Source: a virus | Lineage: Duplodnaviria > Caudoviricetes | Strand: one strand, 5' to 3' | Virus record (IMG/VR): IMGVR_UViG_3300046779_000472 | Span: 1-46,279 of that record | Length of the DNA: 46,279 nucleotides | Shown: positions 1-9,313 of the stretch, piece by piece | Layout: each line of letters begins with the position of its first letter | Position numbering within the stretch: position 1 is the stretch's first letter | Program-made: the position numbers and the translations under genes | The notes under the pieces: generated by a model | Seen by the model: only the letters and a program-made list of their open reading frames with translations | Told to the model about the DNA's origin: nothing | The model's database searches: none

Positions 1-518
1 TAACTGGAGTAAATATTGATCTAAACAAAAACTCTCCAACAGACCAGCTAAAGCTAGCTTTCTCAGTGGTCAGCAAGGACGCTGACGGCACAGCCCCAGA
101 CTCAGTTAGAATATTGCTAGAGTTCTCATCCTCTGATGTACATAATGACTCTAATGGTCAATATGCCAGGTTCGAGGTTAACCTAGATAACGGAACTGAT
201 CCTGGAGAACATGACTTTGATGCAAGCAGATATGTCATTGTAGCTAAAGACCTTAAGGATCTTTACAAGAGCTCAGGATTTACTTGGAACACTGTAGATG
301 TGATAAAGGTATATGTTTCAGTAATTAAAAATGGTGCAGTGTCAGAAGACTTCTATGTATTCCTTGACGCACTAAGATTAGATAACACTTCTGTAGTTAA
401 TTCACTATACGGCCTAACTGGATATTCTGTTATTAGAAACACTGACTCTAAGACTGTAACTAAACTAGCAAACACTACAAACTTTATGGAGTTTAGATTT
501 GCAATGGATGTGCAATAA
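1..518 (+). CDS. Hypothetical virion/tail-associated protein, 5' partial
   Basis: Frame is open from the window edge (nt 3) to TAA 518; beta-rich composition; TAATG coupling to the next gene. Confidence 0.55.
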   Translation, partial: TGVNIDLNKNSPTDQLKLAFSVVSKDADGTAPDSVRILLEFSSSDVHNDSNGQYARFEVNLDNGTDPGEHDFDASRYVIVAKDLKDLYKSSGFTWNTVDVIKVYVSVIKNGAVSEDFYVFLDALRLDNTSVVNSLYGLTGYSVIRNTDSKTVTKLANTTNFMEFRFAMDVQ

Positions 519-1036
519 TGGCAGATGCTGGAATTAAAAAGGTAACAATTCTCAACGAAGACTTACCAATAATAAATTCTGAAATTGCTGGATATGGTGT
601 CAGATACAGGATAGTATCTGAGGACCGTAACCGAGTTTCTCAATGGTCACCCACATACTATCTAGATGCTGGATATTCTTATGTTAATGGCAAGCCAATT
701 CCAGACCCAACCAAAGTCGGAGATGCCATCTCAATAGTTTGGGATAGAGTAGAAGTAAAAAGTGGCGATGTTTCAATAGGCAAGATCCGTGACTATGAAA
801 TCTGGGTAAGATGGGATAGGGGCGATGGTGGAGACTGGATATATGAGGGCAAGGTGCAAACAAACTCAGCCATACTATTTCAGCCAGATAAATATTACAA
901 AACTGTCAATGGGATTCCAGTCGAGCAATCTTTGGCACCAAACAAGATTTCAGTAGAAATATACCTAGAAAGTGTTCCAGCCGTAAGAAGCTCTGGAGAT
1001 CTTCTTAGATATCAGATAACTAACCACACGGTTTAA
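518..1036 (+). CDS. Hypothetical virion protein (fibronectin/Ig-like beta sandwich suspected)
   Basis: 172 aa ORF; YRIVSED...SQWSP and YEIWVRW resemble FN3-type strands. Confidence 0.5.
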   Translation: MADAGIKKVTILNEDLPIINSEIAGYGVRYRIVSEDRNRVSQWSPTYYLDAGYSYVNGKPIPDPTKVGDAISIVWDRVEVKSGDVSIGKIRDYEIWVRWDRGDGGDWIYEGKVQTNSAILFQPDKYYKTVNGIPVEQSLAPNKISVEIYLESVPAVRSSGDLLRYQITNHTV

Positions 1037-1050
1037 TGGTATAATAAAAT

Positions 1051-1497
1051 ATGGCTAAAATTCCACTACCACAACGAGGGCAACCAATTGACCTGACATA
1101 CATATCAGACGTTGCCAATGCAGTAAATAATCTTGCAGCACAGGTTTCTCCATCATCTTATAAGTATGTTACCATTGACACAGATGGATCTAAGCAGAGT
1201 GTTAAGGCCTCAGAGGCTAGAATTATTGCTGGGTATGTTACTGTAAAATCTGGAGCTACTGTAACCAGTGGAACTGAAGAGTCATTCTCCTATTCATTTA
1301 CTGGTGGAGAATTTAAGTATGTCCCAATTGTAACTGCAACTCCTGTAATTGTTGGTAATGCCACTGAAGCTGGAAAGAATGTTACCGTAGTAATTAAGAA
1401 TGTAACCACCTCCAAAGTAGATGGTATTGTCAAGTTTAACTCATCTGGAGATCTGTCACTAGCAGTAAATCTAGTTATTATCGGTATTCCAAACTAA
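1051..1497 (+). CDS. Hypothetical virion/tail protein
   Basis: 148 aa, Thr/Ser/Val-rich; ATG 5 nt after TGGTATAAT (leaderless). Confidence 0.55.
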   Translation: MAKIPLPQRGQPIDLTYISDVANAVNNLAAQVSPSSYKYVTIDTDGSKQSVKASEARIIAGYVTVKSGATVTSGTEESFSYSFTGGEFKYVPIVTATPVIVGNATEAGKNVTVVIKNVTTSKVDGIVKFNSSGDLSLAVNLVIIGIPN

Positions 1498-1505
1498 GAG
1501 GTATT

Positions 1506-2048
1506 ATGTCTATCAAAAAGGGTAGCATAGAGAATGAAGGATACAACTCACTGCCAGTAATTCCTGGCAATAAGAAGGTCTGGTTCTTAAATGGTGACTT
1601 AGTAAGAGTTCATCATCTAAATAAATCAAATGGCATAATGTCTGTTTATAATATTACAAAAGATCAGATCGAAAGTTGTTTAATTAATGACTTTAAGAAA
1701 AATCGTGAAAGAGCTTTTACTGTAGGAGAAACTGCAGATCTGGTTAACAGACACAAGAAGTACATGCCTTCCCTGATGAAAAGAGGCATTATCCCATTTC
1801 CAATGGGTAGCCAAAAAGGTGGGGCACGAGGCTGGCAGGTAAGATCTTATTACTCAGAATCACAAGTAAGAGAAATTCGTGATATACTTGCTTCCTACCA
1901 CATGGGTAGACCAAGAAAAGATAAGTTGATTACCAACGATATAACTCCCTCATCACAAGAGTTGACACGACGTATGGGCGATGGTATACTGACTTATACA
2001 AGAACTGAAGATGGAAGATTTATCCCGATTTGGGGCGAATCAATTTAA
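1506..2048 (+). CDS. Putative MerR-like HTH DNA-binding protein
   Basis: FTVGETADLVNR...RSYYSESQVREIR resembles the MerR-type wHTH pattern; SD GAGG. Confidence 0.5.
   Translation: MSIKKGSIENEGYNSLPVIPGNKKVWFLNGDLVRVHHLNKSNGIMSVYNITKDQIESCLINDFKKNRERAFTVGETADLVNRHKKYMPSLMKRGIIPFPMGSQKGGARGWQVRSYYSESQVREIRDILASYHMGRPRKDKLITNDITPSSQELTRRMGDGILTYTRTEDGRFIPIWGESI
1962..1990 (+). promoter_or_regulatory. Sigma70/SigA-type promoter for the replication operon, inside the upstream CDS
   Basis: TTGACA 1962-1967, 17 nt spacer, TG-G-TATACT 1982-1990. Confidence 0.7.
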
Positions 2049-2057
2049 TTAAGAGGT

Positions 2058-2255
2058 ATGGGTATGGACGAAACAAAAGTAAAGGTATCTCTAGGGTATA
2101 CACTAAACCTAGGTAATTTCCAATCGCTACGCATTGATATTGGCGTAGAAGACTCCAAGCGAGATGGAGAAATGACTAACGATGCCTTTGAGCGTGTCTA
2201 CAAGTATGTAGAAGCAAAGCTGGCTGAAAAGATTGCTGAGAGCCAGGAAGACTAA
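2058..2255 (+). CDS. Conserved small phage protein
   Basis: 65 aa; TLNLGNFQSLRIDIGVE; coupled to the next ORF. Confidence 0.6.
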   Translation: MGMDETKVKVSLGYTLNLGNFQSLRIDIGVEDSKRDGEMTNDAFERVYKYVEAKLAEKIAESQED

Positions 2256-2566
2256 TGGCTGTAGAACGCAAAGACCGAATGGCTTTGCTTTCACGCTATA
2301 GCAAGTTCCATACTGCTAGGTATGAAGAGAAGCCATTATTAAATTTGAACGTAGAGCAGTGGGCTGCAGACGCACTCATTGAATCCTACACTTTACCTTT
2401 TTGCTACGATCTGCTAGAATATTACTTTAGCACTGCACAGACTCCTACATGGAAGTACTTTGCTAACTATGCTGACAAGATTGTTGAAGCAAGAGAAGAC
2501 TATAAACGAGACCTAGAGGAGAGAGCTGAGCGTCGTAAGGCAGCTAGAGCGTGGCTAAATGAATAA
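2255..2566 (+). CDS. Hypothetical protein upstream of helicase (possible loader)
   Basis: 103 aa, overlaps the helicase start; function inferred from position only. Confidence 0.55.
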   Translation: MAVERKDRMALLSRYSKFHTARYEEKPLLNLNVEQWAADALIESYTLPFCYDLLEYYFSTAQTPTWKYFANYADKIVEAREDYKRDLEERAERRKAARAWLNE

Positions 2567-3779
2567 TACAGAATCAAAACTAATATCTGCAGTTCTTGCA
2601 GACAAACAAATCCACGTTCTGCTTCAGGCAAACGTAGAGACGCTTCTCCGTACTCACAATGATATCTGGACATTCATCAGAAACTATTCTGAAAACAATG
2701 GCACTGTCCCACCACTAAACCTTGTTGTAGATAAGTTCCGTGACTTTCACCCAGTCGATGGAGTTGGTGCAACCAAGCACCACCTAGAAGAGTTGCAGGT
2801 AGAGTATCTAAACGATAGCCTAAAAGATATTCTAAGATCTGCTGCATCAGAAGTTCAGGGTGGAGAGGGAACCAAGGCACTAGAGCAACTAATTACAAAG
2901 ACGTCAGAGCTAAAGAAGAACACCTCAACAATTCGTGACATTGATGCAACTGACCTAGAGTCAGCAGTTCAGTATTACGAGAATGTCCAAAAGCAAAAAG
3001 AGCTTGGCTCTATTGGAATTAAGACTGGTCTAGCTGGATTTGACAACTACCTGCCTGCAGGAATTATGCCAGGACAGCTTGGCGTATTCTTGGCCTACCC
3101 AGGTATTGGTAAATCTTGGATGGCACTTTACTTTGCGGTACAGGCATGGAAGCAGGGCAAGTCACCACTAATTATCTCACTTGAAATGAGTGAGACAGAA
3201 GTTCGCAACCGTGTATTTACTATTATGGGTGAGGGCCTGTGGTCTCACCGTAAACTAAGTGATGGGCAGATTGATGTAGAGGATCTAAAGCGTTGGCACA
3301 AGAAGGACCTCGCTGGCAAGCCAGAGTTCCACATTATCTCTAATGACTCTGGCGGTGAAGTAACCCCATCTGTTATTCGTGGCAAGATTGACCAGTACAA
3401 GCCAGACCTAATTATCGTAGACTACCTACAGCTAATGAGCCCAAACCAGAAGTCCGATAACGAAACCGTTCGCATGAAGAACCTTTCTCGTGAACTTAAG
3501 CTAATGGCTATTGGTGAAGAGATGCCCATCATTGCAATCTCCTCAGCGACCCCAGATGACGTTAATAAATTGGATACTGTTCCTACCCTAGGTCAGACTG
3601 CCTGGTCCCGTCAGATCGCCTATGACGCTGACTGGGTGCTAGCTCTGGGCCGTGGTACCAACTCAGATATCATTGAGTGCGTATTCCGTAAGAACCGTAA
3701 TGGTTTTATGGGTGAGTTCCTAGTTCAGGCAGACTTTGATAAGGGCTGGTACAAGTACAAGGACTTTGAAGATAAGTAG
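2559..3779 (+). CDS. dnaB: DnaB-like (SF4) replicative helicase
   Basis: Walker A AYPGIGKS, SLEM, Walker B IIVDYLQLM, KNRNG motif. Confidence 0.9.
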   Translation: MNNTESKLISAVLADKQIHVLLQANVETLLRTHNDIWTFIRNYSENNGTVPPLNLVVDKFRDFHPVDGVGATKHHLEELQVEYLNDSLKDILRSAASEVQGGEGTKALEQLITKTSELKKNTSTIRDIDATDLESAVQYYENVQKQKELGSIGIKTGLAGFDNYLPAGIMPGQLGVFLAYPGIGKSWMALYFAVQAWKQGKSPLIISLEMSETEVRNRVFTIMGEGLWSHRKLSDGQIDVEDLKRWHKKDLAGKPEFHIISNDSGGEVTPSVIRGKIDQYKPDLIIVDYLQLMSPNQKSDNETVRMKNLSRELKLMAIGEEMPIIAISSATPDDVNKLDTVPTLGQTAWSRQIAYDADWVLALGRGTNSDIIECVFRKNRNGFMGEFLVQADFDKGWYKYKDFEDK

Positions 3780-3791
3780 TTATAATTGCTT

Positions 3792-4136
3792 ATGGCTAAT
3801 TTACACCATAAGCCAATTAAAAGGTTTGGCATAGATGGAATCATTCACGATGATTCAGCTATTGCCAGGCTTAAAATTGAATACATAAGGCTTGTGTTGC
3901 TGGAAATGCGTCTATCTGGACATGTTCCAAGATTAGATATTGATCCAGACTTCACAATAAGCTATAATGAACATACTGAATACTTTGAATTTACATTATC
4001 AATATACGGGACATACATAGGGAAAAGAAAAAACGAATGCATACTGGGAATAGACGGAACAACGGTAATATATACACAACAGAGCAAATCAAGCGAGTCA
4101 TCGCAGGATCAGGGATCTCGGTTGAATCAGAAGTAG
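3792..4136 (+). CDS. Hypothetical protein
   Basis: ATG 3792 lies 5 nt after TATAAT; overlaps the primase start region. Confidence 0.55.
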   Translation: MANLHHKPIKRFGIDGIIHDDSAIARLKIEYIRLVLLEMRLSGHVPRLDIDPDFTISYNEHTEYFEFTLSIYGTYIGKRKNECILGIDGTTVIYTQQSKSSESSQDQGSRLNQK

Positions 4137-4981
4137 ATTCTGACTATATTATCTTTTGTCCATTCCACAATAATTCTCGTTCCCCTGCTGGAGAAGTTGA
4201 TAAGTTCAACGGCACATTCTTTTGCTTTTCATGTCAGCATGTAGCCAACCTTGTAGAGTTGGTAATGCACACTTCTGCCAGATCGTATTTTGAGGCGGTA
4301 CGCTTTATTAAAAGTAAGGAAACTGAATCAGACCTTACACAAGAAATCAACAAGCAGCTTTACGTTAAGCCAGAGTTTACCCAGTATGACCAGGTTTTGA
4401 TTAAGAGATTAAACCAACAAGCATTAGAGTCTCCACGTGCTATGCGTTACTATTCTGGAAGATTGATTACAGAAGACTCAGTTAAAAAGTTTGCACTAGG
4501 TTTTTCTGAGAAGCAGGATATGGTAACTATTCCAGTTCATTCGCCAGATGGAATGGAGATTGGTTTCGTTGGTCGCTCAATCGAGGGCAAAGAGTTTAAG
4601 AACACCCCAGGCCTACCAAAGAGTAAAACTTTATTCAACCTTAACCGTGTTAAGACAGCTGATCGTGTGTATGTGGTAGAATCATCCTTTGATGCTATTC
4701 GCCTAGATCAGTGTGGATTTCCAGCGGTAGCAACATTGGGTGCAAACGTATCCAATATACAAACAGACCTACTACAAAAATACTTCAATAACGTTATTGT
4801 TATTGCAGACAATGATGAAGCAGGCGGTAATATGAAAGACAAGATTGTTGAACGTCTTGGCTCTCGTGTTAGCGTAATTAAATTAGATAAACAATACAAG
4901 GATATTGGCGACATGCCAGACGAAGCAATCAAGAATCTTGACCTATCGTTTGACAAGTCAATTGCCAGTATGCTACAATAA
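4037..4981 (+). CDS. dnaG: DNA primase (Zn finger plus TOPRIM)
   Basis: CPFH...CFSC zinc finger; TOPRIM VVESSFDAI and IADNDEAG; KDIGD. Confidence 0.88.
   Translation: MHTGNRRNNGNIYTTEQIKRVIAGSGISVESEVDSDYIIFCPFHNNSRSPAGEVDKFNGTFFCFSCQHVANLVELVMHTSARSYFEAVRFIKSKETESDLTQEINKQLYVKPEFTQYDQVLIKRLNQQALESPRAMRYYSGRLITEDSVKKFALGFSEKQDMVTIPVHSPDGMEIGFVGRSIEGKEFKNTPGLPKSKTLFNLNRVKTADRVYVVESSFDAIRLDQCGFPAVATLGANVSNIQTDLLQKYFNNVIVIADNDEAGGNMKDKIVERLGSRVSVIKLDKQYKDIGDMPDEAIKNLDLSFDKSIASMLQ
4950..4979 (+). promoter_or_regulatory. Promoter for ssb
   Basis: TTGACA 4950-4955, 18 nt spacer, TG-C-TACAAT 4971-4979. Confidence 0.6.
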
Positions 4982-5009
4982 TAAACCATTATAAAAACAA
5001 GGAGAAATA

Positions 5010-5666
5010 ATGAGCGTAATTAGAGGGCTAAAAGATATCGGTGCACTAGTCGATAAGCCAAAATATGAAAGCACAGGAGCAAAGGTTCGTTGGGTCAAGT
5101 TGGCAGACGGACAGTCAGCAAAGATTCGTTTTGTTGAAGAGCTGGACTCAGATTCAGCAAGCTATTCAGAAGACCGTGGTCTTTCTGTAGTAATTTCAGA
5201 GCACACTAACCCAAAGGACTTTAAGCGTAAGGCTGCATGTACCGTAGATTCAGAGGGTCGTTGCTTTGGTTGTGAGATGGCTCGCAAGGAGCCAAAGTCA
5301 GGATGGCGTTCACGCCTACGTTTCTACTGCAACGTGCTAGTAGATGACGGCACTGAGGATCCATACATTGCTGTTTGGTCACAGGGTATTTCAAAGCAGT
5401 CTGCATTTAACAACATTCGTGAGTATGCACTAGACACTGGCTCAATCTCAAACCTTGAGTGGAAGCTAAAGCGTAATGGTCAGGGAACTGAGACCAACTA
5501 CACCTTGCTACCAAGCAAGCCAGACACTGAGCCATTCACCTGGGGAGAGCACGAGTTCTTCAACCTCGAAAAGGTTGTTCGTGAAGTTCCTTACTCAGAG
5601 CAGGAAGCCTTCTACTTTGGCTTCGATGGACCTTCGTCTATCACCTCAACCAATACCGATTGGTAA
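5010..5666 (+). CDS. Single-stranded DNA-binding protein (gp32-like)
   Basis: KLADGQSAKIRF, Zn ligands H..C..C..C, KRNGQGTETNY, acidic/aromatic tail; strong SD AAGGAG; lies between primase and polymerase. Confidence 0.7.
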   Translation: MSVIRGLKDIGALVDKPKYESTGAKVRWVKLADGQSAKIRFVEELDSDSASYSEDRGLSVVISEHTNPKDFKRKAACTVDSEGRCFGCEMARKEPKSGWRSRLRFYCNVLVDDGTEDPYIAVWSQGISKQSAFNNIREYALDTGSISNLEWKLKRNGQGTETNYTLLPSKPDTEPFTWGEHEFFNLEKVVREVPYSEQEAFYFGFDGPSSITSTNTDW

Positions 5667-5677
5667 TATAAGGCTTG

Positions 5678-5712
5678 TGGGGGTATCTATAAACGGTACC
5701 CCCATTTGCTTT
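5678..5712 (+). terminator. Intrinsic terminator after ssb
   Basis: TGGGGGTATC-N7-GGTACCCCCA followed by TTTGCTTT. Confidence 0.7.
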
Positions 5713-5719
5713 ACACGTA

Positions 5720-5748
5720 TTGACAACGTGTCAAAAATATGTCATAAT
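5720..5748 (+). promoter_or_regulatory. dnaE promoter with a palindrome over the -35
   Basis: TTGACA, 17 nt, CATAAT; TTGACA-ACG-TGTCAA inverted repeat. Confidence 0.65.
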
Positions 5749-5782
5749 CTTTACACATTATAAAAACAACATTAAGGATAAT

Positions 5783-8700
5783 ATGAGTTACGCAGGGCTT
5801 CACGTTCACACGCACTACAGTTTGTTTGACGGAATCGCCACTCCACAAGAATATGTGGATCGTGCAGTACAGCTAGGAATGCCAGCTATTGCAATTACTG
5901 ACCATGGATCTCTATCTGGTCACCGTGAAATGTATCGTGCTGCCAAGGAGGCAGGCATTAAGCCAATTCTAGGAATTGAGGGATACATCACCAAGGATCG
6001 CCTAGATCACACAGACAAGAAAGAGAAGAACGATCTTCTCGACCTAAACTATAACCACCTAATCATTCTAGCCAAGAATGCTAAGGGACTAGAAAATCTT
6101 AACAAGCTAAACGAACTGGCCTGGACTGATGGATTCTATAAGAAGCCACGAATTGACTGGGGTATTCTAGAGCAGTACAAAGAAGGCCTAGTTATAACCT
6201 CTGGATGTCTTTCTGGATTCTTAGCTAAAGCAATTGAGGCAGAAAACCTTGCAGTGGCCAAAGAGCACATTCAGTGGGCCAAGAAAACTTTTGGTGACGA
6301 TTACTACATTGAGGTAATGCCACACAATCCTGCAGAGGTAAACAAGCTTTTGCTAGAACTTGCAGATGAGTTTGGCGTAAAGCCAGTAGTAACTCCAGAC
6401 TGCCACCACTCTGACCCATCGCAGAAAGAGATTCAAGAGCTAAAGCTTATTCTAAACTCTTACTCAAATAAGGTAGACAAGGAGTCTACATACGAGGGTT
6501 CACTAGATTACGACAACCTTATGGACAAGCTAGATTATCTTTATGGTGAAGATCGTCAGATGTCATTTAATAAGTTTGAGATTCACTTGCTATCAGACGA
6601 AGAGATGCACAATGCCATGAAGGTCCAGGGTATCGATCGTGAAGATATGTATGAAAATACTATTGAGATTGTTAACAAGATTGAAGACTATGAGATTAAG
6701 GATCACCAAGACCTACTTCCTGTGCAGTACCAAGATCCAGACAAGGAGCTTTTGGAGCTTGCTACACAAGGTCTAAAGGATCGTGGGGTATATACAGAAG
6801 AATATATCGCACGTCTTGAAGAAGAGTTGAGAATTATCAAGGATAAGAACTTTGGTCCATACTTCCTAGTTGTACGCTCAATGATTGCATGGGCTAAAAA
6901 GGAAGATATCATGGTTGGTCCTGGTCGTGGTTCTGCAGCTGGCTCGCTACTCTGCTATGCTCTAGGTATTACAGACATCGACCCTATCGTTCACGGGCTG
7001 CTATTCTTCCGCTTTATTAATCCAGAGCGTAATGACTTTCCAGATATCGATACAGATATTCAGGACTCACGTCGTGAAGAGGTAAAGGATTATCTAGTTC
7101 GTCAGTATCGCCACGTAGCGTCCATTGCGACATTCCTTGAGTTTAAGGATAAGGGTGTTGTTCGTGACATTGCTCGTGTTCTAAACATTCCACTAGCAGA
7201 TGTTAACAAGGTGCTAAAGCTTGTAGACACATGGGATGAATATTGCATGTCAAAGTCTACAGAAGAGTTCCGTGAAAAGTATCCAGAGATTGAGCTTTAT
7301 GGTGAGCAACTTCGTGGACGTATTCGTGGTACTGGTATTCACGCTGCAGGTGTTGTAACTTCGAAGGAGCCAATCTTTAAGTTTGCTCCACTAGAAACTC
7401 GTACTGCCCCAGGTTCACAGGAGCGTATCCCAGTTGTTGCGGTAGACATGACAGAAGCAGAGCGTATTGGTCTTATTAAGATTGACGCACTTGGTCTGAA
7501 GACTCTGTCCGTATTGCAGGATACCCTAAAAATTATTGAGAAGCGTGAGGGCAACAAGCGTATCGACCTACTTAAGGTCAACATGGAAGATGCAAACATT
7601 TATAAGATGTTGTCAGAAGGCTACACAAAGGGCGTGTTCCAGTGTGAAGCTACTCCATACACCAATTTGCTAGTTAAAATGGGTGTCAAGAACTTTGCCG
7701 AACTTGCTGCATCTAACGCTCTTGTTCGCCCAGGTGCTGCTAATACTATTGGTAAGGATTATATTGCCCGTAAGCACGGCAAGCAGAACATCTCCTACCA
7801 CCACCAGGTAATGAAGGCGTTTACTGCCGAGACTTATGGATGTATTCTATACCAGGAACAGGTTATGCAGGCATGTACTGAACTTGGTGGAATGACCATG
7901 GCGGATGCTGACAAGGTTCGTAAGATCATTGGTAAGAAGAAAGACGCTCGTGAGTTTGACGCATACCGTGACCAGTTCGTTAAGGGTGCATCAAGATTCC
8001 TACGCCCAGAGGTCGCAGAAGAGCTGTGGACGGACTTTGAGGCCCACGCTGGGTACTCTTTCAACAAGTCTCACGCCGTGGCCTACTCAACGCTCTCATA
8101 CTGGACTGCATGGTTGAAGTACTACTACCCAATCGAGTTCATGTACTCTCTTCTAAAGAACGAGAAGGACAAGGATGCCCGTACAGAGTATCTAATTGAG
8201 GCCAAGCGTATGGGTATCTCCATCAAGCTTCCTCACATCAATGACTCAGACATTGACTTCAAGATTGAGGGTAAGGGTATTCGATTTGGGCTATCTGCAA
8301 TCAAGTACATCTCTGACAATATTGCACAGAAGTACATGGCTGCTCGTCCGTTCAACTCATACGCTGAACTAGAAGAGTTTACCTTTACAAAGGGTAGCGG
8401 AGTGAATAGTCGTGCCCTACAGGCTCTCCGTGCTATTGGTGCAGCAACCTTTGAGGATAATCCTCGTAATGACGATGAGATTAGAGAGAATCTGTATGAG
8501 TACCTAAACTTACCAGAGTTTAACATGTCTGTTCCTGCACATTACCATGCATTCATTAATGATGTTGAAGAGTTTGAGGAAAAGGGTTCGTTCATTCTTA
8601 TGGGAATGGTCAAGGGTATTAAGCGTGGCAAGGGCTGGAGTCGTGTAGAGATTCTAGATAAGACTGGTTCCGTGGGAATCTTTGATGAAGAAGAAACTAA

Positions 8701-9061
8701 GATTGAAGCTGGACGAACATATATTCTTCTTGCTAGCGATAACAGGATCGTTTCTGCTGTTCCAGTAGATGAGATTAAAACTTCAACTGCTGGATTCCTA
8801 AAGTTCCTAAACTACAGAATGTTGCCATACAAGGATGACCAGAAATTTGTGGTATCATTTAAGCCACGCATTACTAAGGCAGGCAAGAAGATGGCATCGC
8901 TAGTTCTAGCAGATACAGATCGTGACCTACACTCTGTAACAGTGTTCCCTACATCATTTGCCAAGGCATACATGAAGATTGAAGAGGGTAATGCATACAA
9001 CTTTACATTTGGACAAACTAAGGATGGCACTGTCATCATGGAGGATGTTGAAAGTGTTTAA
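5783..9061 (+). CDS. dnaE: DNA polymerase III alpha subunit (family C)
   Basis: PHP motif HVHTHYSLFDG and TDHG; GRGSAAGS; PDIDTD; HAAG; KIDALGL; YSFNKSH. Start moved to ATG 5783 after SD AAGGA. Confidence 0.95.
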   Translation: MSYAGLHVHTHYSLFDGIATPQEYVDRAVQLGMPAIAITDHGSLSGHREMYRAAKEAGIKPILGIEGYITKDRLDHTDKKEKNDLLDLNYNHLIILAKNAKGLENLNKLNELAWTDGFYKKPRIDWGILEQYKEGLVITSGCLSGFLAKAIEAENLAVAKEHIQWAKKTFGDDYYIEVMPHNPAEVNKLLLELADEFGVKPVVTPDCHHSDPSQKEIQELKLILNSYSNKVDKESTYEGSLDYDNLMDKLDYLYGEDRQMSFNKFEIHLLSDEEMHNAMKVQGIDREDMYENTIEIVNKIEDYEIKDHQDLLPVQYQDPDKELLELATQGLKDRGVYTEEYIARLEEELRIIKDKNFGPYFLVVRSMIAWAKKEDIMVGPGRGSAAGSLLCYALGITDIDPIVHGLLFFRFINPERNDFPDIDTDIQDSRREEVKDYLVRQYRHVASIATFLEFKDKGVVRDIARVLNIPLADVNKVLKLVDTWDEYCMSKSTEEFREKYPEIELYGEQLRGRIRGTGIHAAGVVTSKEPIFKFAPLETRTAPGSQERIPVVAVDMTEAERIGLIKIDALGLKTLSVLQDTLKIIEKREGNKRIDLLKVNMEDANIYKMLSEGYTKGVFQCEATPYTNLLVKMGVKNFAELAASNALVRPGAANTIGKDYIARKHGKQNISYHHQVMKAFTAETYGCILYQEQVMQACTELGGMTMADADKVRKIIGKKKDAREFDAYRDQFVKGASRFLRPEVAEELWTDFEAHAGYSFNKSHAVAYSTLSYWTAWLKYYYPIEFMYSLLKNEKDKDARTEYLIEAKRMGISIKLPHINDSDIDFKIEGKGIRFGLSAIKYISDNIAQKYMAARPFNSYAELEEFTFTKGSGVNSRALQALRAIGAATFEDNPRNDDEIRENLYEYLNLPEFNMSVPAHYHAFINDVEEFEEKGSFILMGMVKGIKRGKGWSRVEILDKTGSVGIFDEEETKIEAGRTYILLASDNRIVSAVPVDEIKTSTAGFLKFLNYRMLPYKDDQKFVVSFKPRITKAGKKMASLVLADTDRDLHSVTVFPTSFAKAYMKIEEGNAYNFTFGQTKDGTVIMEDVESV

Positions 9062-9091
9062 TAATTTAATAAGAAAAGGAGCAACAAAGTA

Positions 9092-9313
9092 ATGATTACT
9101 GTATATACAAAACCTGCTTGCGTACAATGCGAGCAAACCAAAAAGCTTTTGACTAAGAATGGTCTTGAGTTCGAGACTGTAGATATCACAGAAGATTCTG
9201 CAGCATATGACAAGGTGGTTGCTATGGGATTTAAGGCAGCACCAGTAGTCGTTACTGATAATGATGCTTGGGCAGGGTTTGATCCTACTAAGATTAATGG
9301 ATTGGTTGCCTAA
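9092..9313 (+). CDS. nrdH: NrdH-like glutaredoxin
   Basis: ITVYTKPACVQC...APVV...WAGF, the classic NrdH CVQC signature. Confidence 0.9.
   Translation: MITVYTKPACVQCEQTKKLLTKNGLEFETVDITEDSAAYDKVVAMGFKAAPVVVTDNDAWAGFDPTKINGLVA

Noticed and set aside
5720-5782. N-terminal extension of DnaE from TTG 5720
   Set aside because: The TTG is the -35 box; the SD and PHP-domain start support ATG 5783
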